45,013 nucleotides of DNA, from the sequence record OZ035811.1. One strand, 5' to 3'. The stretch's first letter is position 1. Every line of letters begins with the position of its first letter. Positions 17,255-27,051 of this stretch are shown in pieces. Made by a program: the position numbers and the translations under genes. Below the pieces are notes generated by a model, which saw only the letters and a list, made by a program, of their open reading frames with translations, ran no database searches and was not told the DNA's origin. The DNA is from Dhillonvirus LM40P1.

Positions 17255-20200
17255 CTATCGTCTATTCCGTAACGGGCCATAAGGGCGGTGGCGGGAAACA
17301 GCATACCCCGCAAGAAACACCCGACAGCCTGCACTCGCTGGCTAAAATCCGCATTCTGCTAGCACTGGGAGAAGGGGAATTTGAAGGAATCCCGTCGGCA
17401 GCCGAGCTACGCAAGCGTGTCTATCTGGACGGCACGCCGATCATGAACGAGGATAACTCGGAAAACTTCCCTGGCGCGCGCGTTGAGTTCCGCCCTGGCA
17501 CACAGCACCAGGACGTGATTCACGGATTTTCAGCCGTGGAAAGCGAGTCGTCGGTAAACGTCAAGCTGGAGCAGGGCGCACCGTGGGTACGTCAAATAAC
17601 CGACACCAGTCTGGACGCTGTGCGCATTCGTATTGGCATTCCTGCGTTGTACACCAACGAAGATAACGGCGACCTGGTTGGTGGGCGTATCGACTATAAG
17701 ATCGTGGTGTACACCGACAACGCCGATCCGCGTGAGTTTGCATTCGCTGCCGTTGGTAAAACAATGTCGCTGTATGAGCGCGACCACCGCATCGAATTAC
17801 CGTCGAACGTTAACACTGGCTGGCGCGTCGAAGTGCACCGCATCACCGCAGACTCCACCTCGGCGAAAGTGGTAAACGATATTCGCGTACAATCTATCAC
17901 CGAGATAATCGACGCCCGTTTGCGCTACCCGCTAACCGCGTTGCTGTTCGTTGAGTTTGATGCGAAGGCTTTCCAGGATATCCCGCGCGTGTCTATCAAG
18001 TGCAAAGGCCGCAAAGTGCTGATCCCGACCAACTACGACCCGATCGCACATACCTATAGCGGCGACTGGGACGGCACTTTCAAGCGTGCATGGACGGATA
18101 ACCCTGCGTGGCACTGGTACGATATTTGTATTACGGAACGCTTCGGCCTCGGTCGTCGCATCAAGCCGCAGATGCTAAACCGCTATGCGCTTTACCAGAT
18201 TGCACAACGCTGCGATCAGATGGTTAGTGACGGCAACGGCGGACAAGAAATCCGGTTTAAGAATGATATGTACATACAGTCGCAGACCGACGCATGGACC
18301 GTTCTGAAGGACTTAGCCGCCATCTTCGCTGGAATGACCTGGTGGGGCAATCAGATGCTGAATATTGTCAGTGACCAACCAGTCGCTGCGGTTTCGCACA
18401 CCATTACGAATGCCTCCGTTATTGATGGGCGATTCGATTATGCGTCTGGCAGCCAGAAGACTCGCTATTCAACATTCGCGGTGGCATACGGCAATCCGGC
18501 TAACCACTACGATGACGCAATCGCAACGGGCCAGCGCGTGGAACTGGTGCGCCGCCACAAGATTAACCGCCTTGATATTACGGCGATCGGCTGTACGCGT
18601 GAATCTGAAGCGCAACGCCGCGGTCACTGGGCGCTTATTTCAAACCAGCTTGACCAGCAGGTGAGCTTTAAAGTAGGTATGGAAGGTCTGTTCTTCATTC
18701 CGGGGAGCGTGGTCGCTATCGCCGACACCAACATTTCCGGCGGTTTCGAGATTCGCGGCGGTCGCTTACTGGAAGACCCAGGCACGCGCACGGTGCTTAA
18801 CACAGACGAAGAAATCACATTCCGCCCAGGTGATAAATTCCTGGTGCGCACTGCGAACGGTAGTGTCGAGACTCGCGCAATATCAAGCGTCAACGGCAAC
18901 AAGGTTACGTTATCCAGTGCCCTGGACGCAGACCCGATCCCGTTCCAGCCGTTTTGCGTCGACGGTGATGATATTCAGGTGCAGAAGTTCCGCATCACCG
19001 ATCTGGAGTATGACGACGCAACCAGCACTTTCTCGGTGCGCGGGATTGAGTACAACGACAGCAAATATGATGCCGTTGATAATGGCGCTCGTCTTGATCC
19101 TGGCATCTTTACGCAAATGCCGGACGGTGTGCTGAAGGGGCCGGAATCCGTAACCATTACCCCGTCGCAGATTTCAAGCCAGGGTCAGTTAATCACCAAC
19201 GTGGATATTGTCTTTCCACCGGTGAAAAATGCCGTTGTATATGAAATCCAGTGGCGAAGGACCAGCCTTCAGAATATGGCGTTGCAGTGGGGTAACGACT
19301 GGGTAAACTTGCCTCGTACGCCGTCGAACGGTGCACACATCCCCAACGTGTTCTCCGGTAACTACCAGGCGCGCGTCCGCGCAATCGGTATGGGTGAAAT
19401 CTCATCCCCGTGGGTAGAGTCTGCCATCACGCCGATCGAGGGTCGTTTAGGTGGGCTGAATGCGCCAATCATTACGGCGGCAGTTTCCGGTTTGCATCAG
19501 ATCTTGTGGAAGTGGAATCACAACAACGCTGCGACCGATATTTCATACACAGAGCTTGAAGTGCGCAAGCCAGGGACTGAAGAGTGGCACTTCCTCACTA
19601 ACGTGCCGTACCCAGGCGCGGAGTACGCGCAGACTTCGCTTGAGTTCGGGATTTACCAGCAGTTGCGAGCACGCGTAGCAGATAAAATCGGCAACCTGTC
19701 CGATTGGTCCGCACCGTTTGAAGGCCAGGTGAGCGATAAAGTTGACGACTACATGAAGGGACTCGACGATGAGTTTCTTACTTCTGAAGACGGCAAGCAC
19801 TTCCAGGAACAGATCGACACGTTCCCGCAAGGCATTTACGAGTCAATGCTTACGGACGCGCAGCAGTTGCTTAACGCACGTGCCGAGTATCAAGGTATTT
19901 ACGCCGAGATCAAAGTGGCCTATACCGTTGCTGCCGATGCGCACCAGGCGGTCGCTGAACTGGAAACGCTGATCGGCACGCGCCTTGATGATGCGGAAGC
20001 CGCAATCCATACGCTACAGACTGCGCAGAGCACACACGAACAGGCGTTCGCTCAGTACCAGCAAACGGTGTCAGCTAAGTTTGGCGATCAGGAAGCCGCA
20101 ATCCAGTCAGTGCAAACGGCAACGAGTGATGTAGCCAGCGCTCTGGCGACCTACAAAACACAGGTAGCCGCGCAGTTCGGGCAACAGTCCGCCGCGATCG

Positions 20201-20697
20201 AGCAGAAAATGACGTCTACGTTTAACCACTCTGGTGGTAACGCAACCTACAGCCTGAAAGCTGGAGTGACGTACAACGGGACGTATTATGATGCCGGTAT
20301 GCAGCTTTCGGTAGTTGCCGAAGGGAACTCGGTTAAATCGCGCATCGCGTTCAAGGCGGACCAGTTCTACATCATGCACCCGTCGAACGGTACGCTATCC
20401 TCCGCGTTCATCGTTGACGGCGGGCAGGTGTACATCGACACGGCCCGAATCAAGAACGCGTCCATTAACTTTGCGCAGATCACGGACACGCTGCAATCCA
20501 ACAACTGGCAGCCTGGCAGCCAGGGGTGGCGAATCGCGAAGGATGGCGGCGCGGAGTTTAACAACGTGACAATCCGCGGCAACGTGTATGCGCAGACTGG
20601 TAACTTCGGTTTTTCAAGTGGGTCGGTACAAATCGACTGGTCGGGGGTAAACGTGCCGTTGCCTGGCGGAGGGCGGGTTAAAGTGGGGGTGTGGTAA
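17251..20697 (+). CDS. central tail fiber / host specificity protein J-like
   Basis: 1148 aa ORF after I-like gene with ATGA overlap; size and position of lambda J-type tip protein. Confidence 0.8.
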   Translation: MTIVYSVTGHKGGGGKQHTPQETPDSLHSLAKIRILLALGEGEFEGIPSAAELRKRVYLDGTPIMNEDNSENFPGARVEFRPGTQHQDVIHGFSAVESESSVNVKLEQGAPWVRQITDTSLDAVRIRIGIPALYTNEDNGDLVGGRIDYKIVVYTDNADPREFAFAAVGKTMSLYERDHRIELPSNVNTGWRVEVHRITADSTSAKVVNDIRVQSITEIIDARLRYPLTALLFVEFDAKAFQDIPRVSIKCKGRKVLIPTNYDPIAHTYSGDWDGTFKRAWTDNPAWHWYDICITERFGLGRRIKPQMLNRYALYQIAQRCDQMVSDGNGGQEIRFKNDMYIQSQTDAWTVLKDLAAIFAGMTWWGNQMLNIVSDQPVAAVSHTITNASVIDGRFDYASGSQKTRYSTFAVAYGNPANHYDDAIATGQRVELVRRHKINRLDITAIGCTRESEAQRRGHWALISNQLDQQVSFKVGMEGLFFIPGSVVAIADTNISGGFEIRGGRLLEDPGTRTVLNTDEEITFRPGDKFLVRTANGSVETRAISSVNGNKVTLSSALDADPIPFQPFCVDGDDIQVQKFRITDLEYDDATSTFSVRGIEYNDSKYDAVDNGARLDPGIFTQMPDGVLKGPESVTITPSQISSQGQLITNVDIVFPPVKNAVVYEIQWRRTSLQNMALQWGNDWVNLPRTPSNGAHIPNVFSGNYQARVRAIGMGEISSPWVESAITPIEGRLGGLNAPIITAAVSGLHQILWKWNHNNAATDISYTELEVRKPGTEEWHFLTNVPYPGAEYAQTSLEFGIYQQLRARVADKIGNLSDWSAPFEGQVSDKVDDYMKGLDDEFLTSEDGKHFQEQIDTFPQGIYESMLTDAQQLLNARAEYQGIYAEIKVAYTVAADAHQAVAELETLIGTRLDDAEAAIHTLQTAQSTHEQAFAQYQQTVSAKFGDQEAAIQSVQTATSDVASALATYKTQVAAQFGQQSAAIEQKMTSTFNHSGGNATYSLKAGVTYNGTYYDAGMQLSVVAEGNSVKSRIAFKADQFYIMHPSNGTLSSAFIVDGGQVYIDTARIKNASINFAQITDTLQSNNWQPGSQGWRIAKDGGAEFNNVTIRGNVYAQTGNFGFSSGSVQIDWSGVNVPLPGGGRVKVGVW

Positions 20698-20702
20698 AAC
20701 GC

Positions 20703-20726
20703 AAGGGGCCGTTTGGCCCCTTTCTT
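20703..20726. terminator. bidirectional rho-independent terminator
   Basis: AGGGGCC gttt GGCCCCT hairpin flanked by A-run and T-rich run between convergent genes. Confidence 0.55.
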
Positions 20727-21690
20727 AATACATATTAGGAAGGACAATCAGCGGTGTTGGTACGACAACATTGCGGTTAGGCATCTGGAATTGCTGCCGT
20801 GAATAGTTGCCAATGACGCGGTTTTTCGCTGCACCAACGACGCTACCCGCCATGCGTATCCCGTTCATGCGTACGTGGTTATAACCGCTATTGTTTTCAA
20901 TAAGCGCGCCCGTGTATGAAAGCTGAATAAGGCTGTTACCGATATTCTGCCACCCTGCGCTAAGGTCAACCGTCCCGTTAAACACAAACGGCTTATTGAC
21001 GGTGGAGAATGTAACCTGGCCTGCGTTGTTGGTCATCGTGATACCGGTTCCGGGGCTTGGCGGTGTGTTATTGAATATAACCAATTCCATGTCAACGGCA
21101 GCACCCACATCATCAATCCCGCCGTAAGCCGCATTGCGGACGATAATACTGCCTCCATCGAAGCCAACCGACACGTTAGGGTCATCCCAACGGGCGAACG
21201 GAACACCTCCGACCGGCAGCGGCATACTTCCGTTCACATGGACGCGCTGCGCGTAGCGACAGGTCATCAGCCGAGCGACGTTTGATATGGCGGTGAAGTC
21301 CGTCGAGTTAGCCACCAGAAGCCCAGCATTACGCGACCCCACCGGCAGCACTTCCATAATCGTTCCCGCCCAGGTTGGAAGCCCGCTATAAGCGCCCAGC
21401 GCGTCAGCACCGTGCAGCGTAATTCCGCCATCACCATTTCGAGATATTGACGTTACAAACATCGGATCGGGTATTACCAGTGTTTGGTCGAACACTTCCA
21501 CCACTTCAACGGGATTAGTTAGCACGACTATAAGCTGCGATCCAGGCGTTAGCGGAGTATTGACTGTTAGCGTCTTGTCAGATTGGCAGCGCTGATTAAA
21601 ATTGGTACAAAAAGACGGAGCACGAAGCCCCGCCGTAATTTCCATTCTTGGACGTCCATCGTTGTATTCGATAAGGATACCTGCACCCAT
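20725..21690 (-). CDS. hypothetical beta-rich protein (receptor-binding protein candidate)
   Basis: ATG at 21690 with GGGAG SD; 321 aa, Gly/Asn/Thr/Val-rich; co-transcribed downstream of a lipoprotein gene. Confidence 0.4.
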   Translation of the reverse strand: MGAGILIEYNDGRPRMEITAGLRAPSFCTNFNQRCQSDKTLTVNTPLTPGSQLIVVLTNPVEVVEVFDQTLVIPDPMFVTSISRNGDGGITLHGADALGAYSGLPTWAGTIMEVLPVGSRNAGLLVANSTDFTAISNVARLMTCRYAQRVHVNGSMPLPVGGVPFARWDDPNVSVGFDGGSIIVRNAAYGGIDDVGAAVDMELVIFNNTPPSPGTGITMTNNAGQVTFSTVNKPFVFNGTVDLSAGWQNIGNSLIQLSYTGALIENNSGYNHVRMNGIRMAGSVVGAAKNRVIGNYSRQQFQMPNRNVVVPTPLIVLPNMY

Positions 21691-21692
21691 AA

Positions 21693-21917
21693 TTACCACT
21701 CCCGTGATTTAACTGATACCGTACCAGAGAAGTTACCGTCTGAATCTGCCGCCAAACCGGTGAATCGCATGTCAATGTCTCCGGCAGCGACCTTTTGCCC
21801 GTCAACATAACGCAACATGCAGCTTCCCGCAACGTAGGTAACGCAATCGCCATTATGACGCTCAACAGCACAACCAGACAGCATAGCAACGACTAAAATA
21901 CTTAATAAAGTTTTCAT
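21693..21917 (-). CDS. small lipoprotein (superinfection-exclusion candidate)
   Basis: ATG at 21917 with GGAGAT SD; signal peptide MKTLLSILVVAMLSGC with lipobox; 74 aa. Confidence 0.55.
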   Translation of the reverse strand: MKTLLSILVVAMLSGCAVERHNGDCVTYVAGSCMLRYVDGQKVAAGDIDMRFTGLAADSDGNFSGTVSVKSREW

Positions 21918-21946
21918 GGTATCATCTCCTTTGTTTTGACAACTTA

Positions 21947-21975
21947 AATATAGTGCAACCAATACGTGATTGCAA
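21947..21975 (-). promoter_or_regulatory. sigma70-like promoter (TTGCAA-17-TATATT) with ATTGGTTGCA repeats
   Basis: Minus strand reads ATTGGTTGCAATCACGTATTGGTTGCACTATATT, about 30 bp upstream of the lipoprotein start. Confidence 0.55.
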
Positions 21976-21998
21976 CCAATTTATGAGGAGTTTTCGCT

Positions 21999-24020
21999 AT
22001 GGCAGCGGGTACACTTAACGTAACAAACAACAGCAAGGCCGTAACGGGGTCGGGCACGACGTTTACGTCATTGAAAGCGGGCGACTTTTTATCGCTGGTG
22101 GTGGGGCAAGTCCCGTACACCGTCGCGATTGAGTCAATCCAGAGCAACACGGCGCTTACGCTGGCGCTGCCGTTTGACGGCCCAACGTCTACCGGTCTGG
22201 CGTGGGACTCCGTATCCCGCGATACGATGTCGCTGGCGACTATGGGTGTGACCGTACAGGCGCAGAAAGCGCTACGCATGTTGATTGCTGACGAAAAAAA
22301 CTGGCGAGCAATCTTCGGCGACGCAGAGCAAATCAGCGTGACACTGCCAAACGGCGCGGTTATGCAGGGTATGTCGTGGGGCTATTTGTCCAGCCTTCTA
22401 AAAGACGTCGATCCGGTTGAGCTTCAGAATATTGCCAACCAGGCGGTTAACGCTAAAAACCAGGCTGTAACGGCGAAGAACGACGCCGTGTCTGCTAAGA
22501 ACGATGCGCAGACTGCGAAGACTGCCGCAGAAACAGCGCGCACACAGGCCCAGTCGGCTAAAACTGCAGCCGAGTCCGCCCGCGATGAAGCACAGTCAGC
22601 TAAGACCGCCGCCGAGACTGCACGCACCCAGGCGCAGACCGCGAAGACCGCCGCCGAGACGGCGCAGGGTGCTGCGGAAGACGCACGGGATGAGGCAAGG
22701 CAATACGCAGAGCAAGCAGGAGCGCCGTATAAGCAGGTATTACAGCCTCTGCCGGACGTATGGATTCCGTTTAACGATTCACTGGATATGCTTTCTGGTT
22801 TCGCGCCTGGATATAAAACGGTTACGGTCGCCGACGACGAGGTTACGATGCCTAGCGACAAGGTGGTGTCGTTCAAGCGCGCATCAACGGCAACATATAT
22901 TAACAAGTCCGGCGAGTTTAAAATCGCAGAGATTGACGAGCCGCGATTCGAGAAATACGGCCTGCTCATTGAAGGCCAACGCACTAACTATTTCTCCAAC
23001 TCCAACACGCCGGAATCATGGAATCCAAATCCTGGTCTGACGCGCAGCGAAACTAAGACTGACAGTCGCGGTTTTACTTACGCAACATTTACGCCTGGAA
23101 GTTATGTAGGACAGGTCGGTACGTACTCGATTATTGCGGGATCGTCGGCAAGTCCCATTGACGCAGTGCAAGACGACCATGTAACCATTTCGTTTAGGGC
23201 TAAGGGTGCTAAGCTGCGAATTGGTGCGCGATTTGACAAGGGAAGCCCACTAACCACGGTAGCGATCATGTACGTGGATATGGACGACCTTTCCATATCC
23301 ACATCGGGGGCTGACGCTGATAATATGGTGGTTAAAAACGTATCCCGCGATGGGGAATGGGTGCTGGTTGAAGCTATTTATAAGGTGACGGACGCCTCCG
23401 CCCAGGTTCGCGGGGTGGTCTTGATGGCTAACCAACTCGGCGGCGCTCTGTTTGACGCAACCAGCACCGTCGATGTCACTACTCCGCAGGTTGAGTTAGG
23501 GATCGGGGCGTCTTCATATATCATCTCCGGCACATCTCCAACCACACGCGCCAGCGATATGGTGACGGTACCGGCTAACCGCAACCTGTATAACCTGCCG
23601 TTTACGGTGCTTGTAGAAGCGCACAAGAACTGGTCTAAGGCGCCGAACGCAGCGCCGCGTGTATTCGACACCGTCGGTTATCAATCGGGTGCGGCTATTA
23701 TCCTGGGATTCGGGTCTGGCGCTATTGACGGGTATCCGTACTGCGACATCGGCGGTGCTAACAGACGTGTGAATGAAAACGCAGGGCTTAAGCATATGGT
23801 TATGGGTATGCGTGTGAAAGAAAACCAGGACACTTGCGCGGTGAGTAACGGCACTCTTTCGACCGAATCTAAAACCACATGGACCTACCTGCGAGGGTCT
23901 GCAACGCTGCGAATCGGCGGGCAAACCACGATCGGAGACAGACACCTGTTCGGGCACGTCCGTAACTTCCGTATCTGGCATAAAGCACTGACCGACTTAC
24001 AAATGGGGGAATTAGTGTGA
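21999..24020 (+). CDS. tail fiber protein
   Basis: GAGGAG SD; conserved fiber-type N-terminus MAAGTLNVTNNSKAVTGSGTTF; Ala-rich repeat shaft; beta-rich C-terminal domain. Confidence 0.7.
   Translation: MAAGTLNVTNNSKAVTGSGTTFTSLKAGDFLSLVVGQVPYTVAIESIQSNTALTLALPFDGPTSTGLAWDSVSRDTMSLATMGVTVQAQKALRMLIADEKNWRAIFGDAEQISVTLPNGAVMQGMSWGYLSSLLKDVDPVELQNIANQAVNAKNQAVTAKNDAVSAKNDAQTAKTAAETARTQAQSAKTAAESARDEAQSAKTAAETARTQAQTAKTAAETAQGAAEDARDEARQYAEQAGAPYKQVLQPLPDVWIPFNDSLDMLSGFAPGYKTVTVADDEVTMPSDKVVSFKRASTATYINKSGEFKIAEIDEPRFEKYGLLIEGQRTNYFSNSNTPESWNPNPGLTRSETKTDSRGFTYATFTPGSYVGQVGTYSIIAGSSASPIDAVQDDHVTISFRAKGAKLRIGARFDKGSPLTTVAIMYVDMDDLSISTSGADADNMVVKNVSRDGEWVLVEAIYKVTDASAQVRGVVLMANQLGGALFDATSTVDVTTPQVELGIGASSYIISGTSPTTRASDMVTVPANRNLYNLPFTVLVEAHKNWSKAPNAAPRVFDTVGYQSGAAIILGFGSGAIDGYPYCDIGGANRRVNENAGLKHMVMGMRVKENQDTCAVSNGTLSTESKTTWTYLRGSATLRIGGQTTIGDRHLFGHVRNFRIWHKALTDLQMGELV
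22447..22700 (+). repeat. imperfect tandem repeats encoding Ala-rich AKTAAETARTQAQS-type units
   Basis: Repeating units visible in both DNA and translation of the fiber gene. Confidence 0.5.
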
Positions 24021-24274
24021 AAGACTTAACGCTGAAGTTTGAAAGCAAGGCCGCTTTTGCGGCCTTCAAAGCGCAATTAAACTGGGATGAGAACGAGGCG
24101 TTGCAGGATGATATTCTGCTTGATGTCATCGGCAACGTGTATGAGGGTGATGAGGATAATCTCGTTGCCGTTGAGGGCTACTTCGTTAACGTGCGCATTC
24201 TTGACGACGACCACGGCATTAACTTTGAGCAGTATGCCGTTGCGTTAGACTCACCACTTCGTCAATGGGCTTAA
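24017..24274 (+). CDS. hypothetical protein (fiber-associated)
   Basis: 85 aa acidic ORF between the two fiber genes, ATGA overlap with upstream stop. Confidence 0.4.
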   Translation: MKDLTLKFESKAAFAAFKAQLNWDENEALQDDILLDVIGNVYEGDEDNLVAVEGYFVNVRILDDDHGINFEQYAVALDSPLRQWA

Positions 24275-24285
24275 GAGGGTAAATC

Positions 24286-25167
24286 ATGGTTACTAAAACA
24301 AACATCCCAGCGGATATTACGGCGCTGAAAAATTCTACTTCATCATTGTCGTCTGACAAGATGGATAAGTCAGCCAATTTGTCGGACCTGGCAGACAAAA
24401 CTGAGGCGCGAAGTCATCTTGGTTTAGGGTCAGCAGCCACGTTGGACGTAGGGGATAGCAGCGGAAACGCGATGAAGGTTGGTGATTTTGGATTGGGGCG
24501 ACCTAACGGCGCTAAGGTTTTCTATACTACCTCGCAAGACACGCTACTTACTGGACTGGACCAATACGGTTTATGTGTGTTCAGGAACGACCTGCAGATC
24601 GCTGCGCCGTGGGATATTTGGAACTATTCATCAAACCTGTTCTTCCGCGCCGGAGATACTTACAGTATGCTAAGCATACCGTTTGAGGCGGCTGGTAAGG
24701 TGAAGGTTTTCGGAGGTGCCGCGGGTTACGGGTGGAAAACCGGGCGAACACTGCTCGATAACACAACGACGACTATTGACACTAACGGATTTGTCAAGCA
24801 AGCATCGCCGATTGTTAAAGTATTTGGTGATGGTAAATTTGAGGTTAATGAAGAGTCGAAAGGGGCTAGTGTAGATCGCATATCCGTCGGCGTTTATCGT
24901 ATCTCTGGTGTTCTCGGTCTTAACTCAGATGCGGCCTGGGGTGGCGTAGGCGGTGGCTTCGAGATTCCGGTAGACATCAACAAGCAGCCGCGGGTGTGGG
25001 TTGACTTCGAGGTTGAGCCTGAAGGGTCTATCATTCTTAAAACGTACCACCGGACACACGACACGGCTCCGTCTTTTGCAAAAAACATAATTGACGGCGT
25101 TAATGACGGCGATCCGGTAGATATTCCATCAGACGCTTTTATCTCAGTTCGCGTTAACATGCCGTAA
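24286..25167 (+). CDS. tail fiber protein (second fiber)
   Basis: AAGAGGG SD; N-terminal segment ADKTEARSHLGLGSAA typical of phage fiber N-termini; Gly-rich beta-type remainder. Confidence 0.55.
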   Translation: MVTKTNIPADITALKNSTSSLSSDKMDKSANLSDLADKTEARSHLGLGSAATLDVGDSSGNAMKVGDFGLGRPNGAKVFYTTSQDTLLTGLDQYGLCVFRNDLQIAAPWDIWNYSSNLFFRAGDTYSMLSIPFEAAGKVKVFGGAAGYGWKTGRTLLDNTTTTIDTNGFVKQASPIVKVFGDGKFEVNEESKGASVDRISVGVYRISGVLGLNSDAAWGGVGGGFEIPVDINKQPRVWVDFEVEPEGSIILKTYHRTHDTAPSFAKNIIDGVNDGDPVDIPSDAFISVRVNMP

Positions 25168-25171
25168 GTGG

Positions 25172-25196
25172 AAAGGGGCCAAACGGCCCCTTTTTC
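25172..25196. terminator. bidirectional rho-independent terminator
   Basis: AGGGGCC aaac GGCCCCT hairpin followed by TTTTT, between convergent late and early blocks. Confidence 0.6.
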
Positions 25197-25770
25197 ATTG
25201 TGCGGATTCCCAGTCTATCTTTCGGCGTATTGTAGGACTTTCGAAATACTCTTTGCCGTCTACTTCAACCAAAGGCCAGTCGTTCACAATGGCGTATGGA
25301 TCTGCGACCTCTTCGATTATGCCGGTGGCTTTATGCTGACCAAACTCTACCAGCACCAGAATCACCCCGGCAACGCGACGCTCCATATATTCGTATGCGC
25401 AGCGCGCTTCAACCAGACCGCGACGGATGCCGGTAGTGGCCTTCACTTCGTACGACCAGACGGCATCAATAACCTGGTCTTTGTAATCCGGCCCTACTTT
25501 CACTTTGCGCTTACCCAGCATTACCACATCGCCACGGTTCATGGTGTTGCCGCTAAATAATCCGGTGCGCTGGAGTAAGCCTTGCGGGATGCAACTGCGA
25601 CCGCCGGTTTGCCCTTCCAGATACATCCCTGCGAACATCTCGCCCAGTACACCAACGAGACGGCTTTGCTTGCACGCGTCGGAACGGTTACGCCAGTAGT
25701 CAAACTCAATGCTTGCAATCAACGATGCCAGATGAAATGCTTTGCCAGATAATTCATATTCACCGTACAT
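25195..25770 (-). CDS. hypothetical protein (possible nuclease)
   Basis: ATG at 25770 with AAGGAG SD; D...EVK-like segment (DAVWSYEVK) compatible with a PD-(D/E)XK fold but weak. Confidence 0.4.
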   Translation of the reverse strand: MYGEYELSGKAFHLASLIASIEFDYWRNRSDACKQSRLVGVLGEMFAGMYLEGQTGGRSCIPQGLLQRTGLFSGNTMNRGDVVMLGKRKVKVGPDYKDQVIDAVWSYEVKATTGIRRGLVEARCAYEYMERRVAGVILVLVEFGQHKATGIIEEVADPYAIVNDWPLVEVDGKEYFESPTIRRKIDWESAQ

Positions 25771-25814
25771 GATTAAACTCCTTCAGGTTGCGGGCCGAAG
25801 CCCGCGATTAATGA

Positions 25815-26285
25815 TTATTTAAGTGCGCGAGTTACCAGTGTTTTTTCCATATTGCGGAAGTCTTCCTCGGTCATCTGGATTTTCGACCCGTCTTCACCGT
25901 ACAGCGTCACCAGCGGTTGAGCTTTCGCTAAAACTCCCTTCGGCAGCGACCACGCATCAACCTGTTTCTTCAGGCTTTCCAACTGCGCTGCCGTTACGTC
26001 GATCTGGATCTCGTCATGCACAGTTGTGTAAGACTCACCCAGTAGCGCGGAATATGCCACTAAATCCACAATGTTATCTTCCTGGTGTTTACGGGTCTGG
26101 CGTACCAGCTTCAGGCAAATCATAAATACCCAGGCTTCTTGCTCGGTAAGGTCACGACCGGTTAGTGCGTTGAATACGGCAGCGATCTGTTTAGCGCTGC
26201 GTTCTTCTTTGCTGTCATATCCATTTTCTTTCCCGCGCTGTTCCATAGTGGTGGCGGCGTTTTTGCAGTATTCGAATGCTTTCAT
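25815..26285 (-). CDS. hypothetical protein
   Basis: ATG at 26285 with AAGGAGAT SD; first gene downstream of promoter at 26331-26359. Confidence 0.5.
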   Translation of the reverse strand: MKAFEYCKNAATTMEQRGKENGYDSKEERSAKQIAAVFNALTGRDLTEQEAWVFMICLKLVRQTRKHQEDNIVDLVAYSALLGESYTTVHDEIQIDVTAAQLESLKKQVDAWSLPKGVLAKAQPLVTLYGEDGSKIQMTEEDFRNMEKTLVTRALK

Positions 26286-26330
26286 GGTTTATCTCCTTGA
26301 GGGGCGGCGGTATTGCCTCCCGATGTGGTT

Positions 26331-26359
26331 AATATAGTGCAACCAAATACGGATTGCAA
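26331..26359 (-). promoter_or_regulatory. sigma70-like promoter (TTGCAA-17-TATATT) with ATTGGTTGCA repeats
   Basis: Minus strand ATTGGTTGCAATCCGTATTTGGTTGCACTATATT. Confidence 0.55.
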
Positions 26360-26363
26360 CCAA

Positions 26364-26585
26364 TTATTTTAATTCCTCAATCAAATTGGCACGGACAATA
26401 CGGGCCGAGAAGGCATCGCACACAAGATGGCAACGCGCCGTCATGACAAGCCAGCCGGTTAGGTCACGGCCTAGCAATTGCTCCGGGCGGCTTACCCGCA
26501 ATACTTTATTTCCAGGGAAAACCTGGTAACGTTTAATGATCTCATCCACGACGCGCGGACTGCGATCGACGACTAAGATATTCAT
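26364..26585 (-). CDS. hypothetical protein
   Basis: ATG at 26585 with AAGGAG SD; 73 aa. Confidence 0.45.
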   Translation of the reverse strand: MNILVVDRSPRVVDEIIKRYQVFPGNKVLRVSRPEQLLGRDLTGWLVMTARCHLVCDAFSARIVRANLIEELK

Positions 26586-27051
26586 GTAGTTCTCCTTCGC
26601 TCATTATCTTGATTTGTGCGCTGCCGTTTGGTGGCGCTTCTTCAAAGATTATCAGTTGCTGACACTTGTTGTTGCTCGGTCCAACCTCGCCAGTGACGGC
26701 ATGGATAAACCGGATCCGCCAGTCCAGCAATATAATCAGGTTGGCGGTTTTCCGCGCCAGTTTGGCCCACTTCGTGGTCGTGTCCTGGTTAAGCAGCATT
26801 ACCGTTTTGCGACCCTGCGATGCGCAAGTCACCCACGGCAGCGGGTCGGAATACGGCGGATTGCACCACTTCCACCCGTTTAACTCTGACCAGTCCGCAT
26901 CAAGCGCGCTGTGCTCTTTCGTGAAGTAGCGCGGTAGCAAATGGTTGTGGTCACTCGCCGCCATGTCGTAACGGAATTTAAACGCCTTGCGCAGTGGTTT
27001 GAATAAGGCTGGCGGAGTGCGCCAGCTATCCTTCTGCTCATTCTCCGTCAT
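26542..27051 (-). CDS. DNA N6-adenine methyltransferase (phage Dam-type)
   Basis: NPPY motif in WCNPPYSDPLPW; ATG at 27051 chosen over the upstream in-frame extension. Confidence 0.6.
   Translation of the reverse strand: MTENEQKDSWRTPPALFKPLRKAFKFRYDMAASDHNHLLPRYFTKEHSALDADWSELNGWKWCNPPYSDPLPWVTCASQGRKTVMLLNQDTTTKWAKLARKTANLIILLDWRIRFIHAVTGEVGPSNNKCQQLIIFEEAPPNGSAQIKIMSEGELHEYLSRRSQSARRG

Noticed and set aside
25780-25806. GC hairpin GCGGGC cgaa GCCCGC between two leftward early genes as a terminator
   Set aside because: No T-run on the transcribed strand. More likely an RNA processing or stability element; not reported as a feature.
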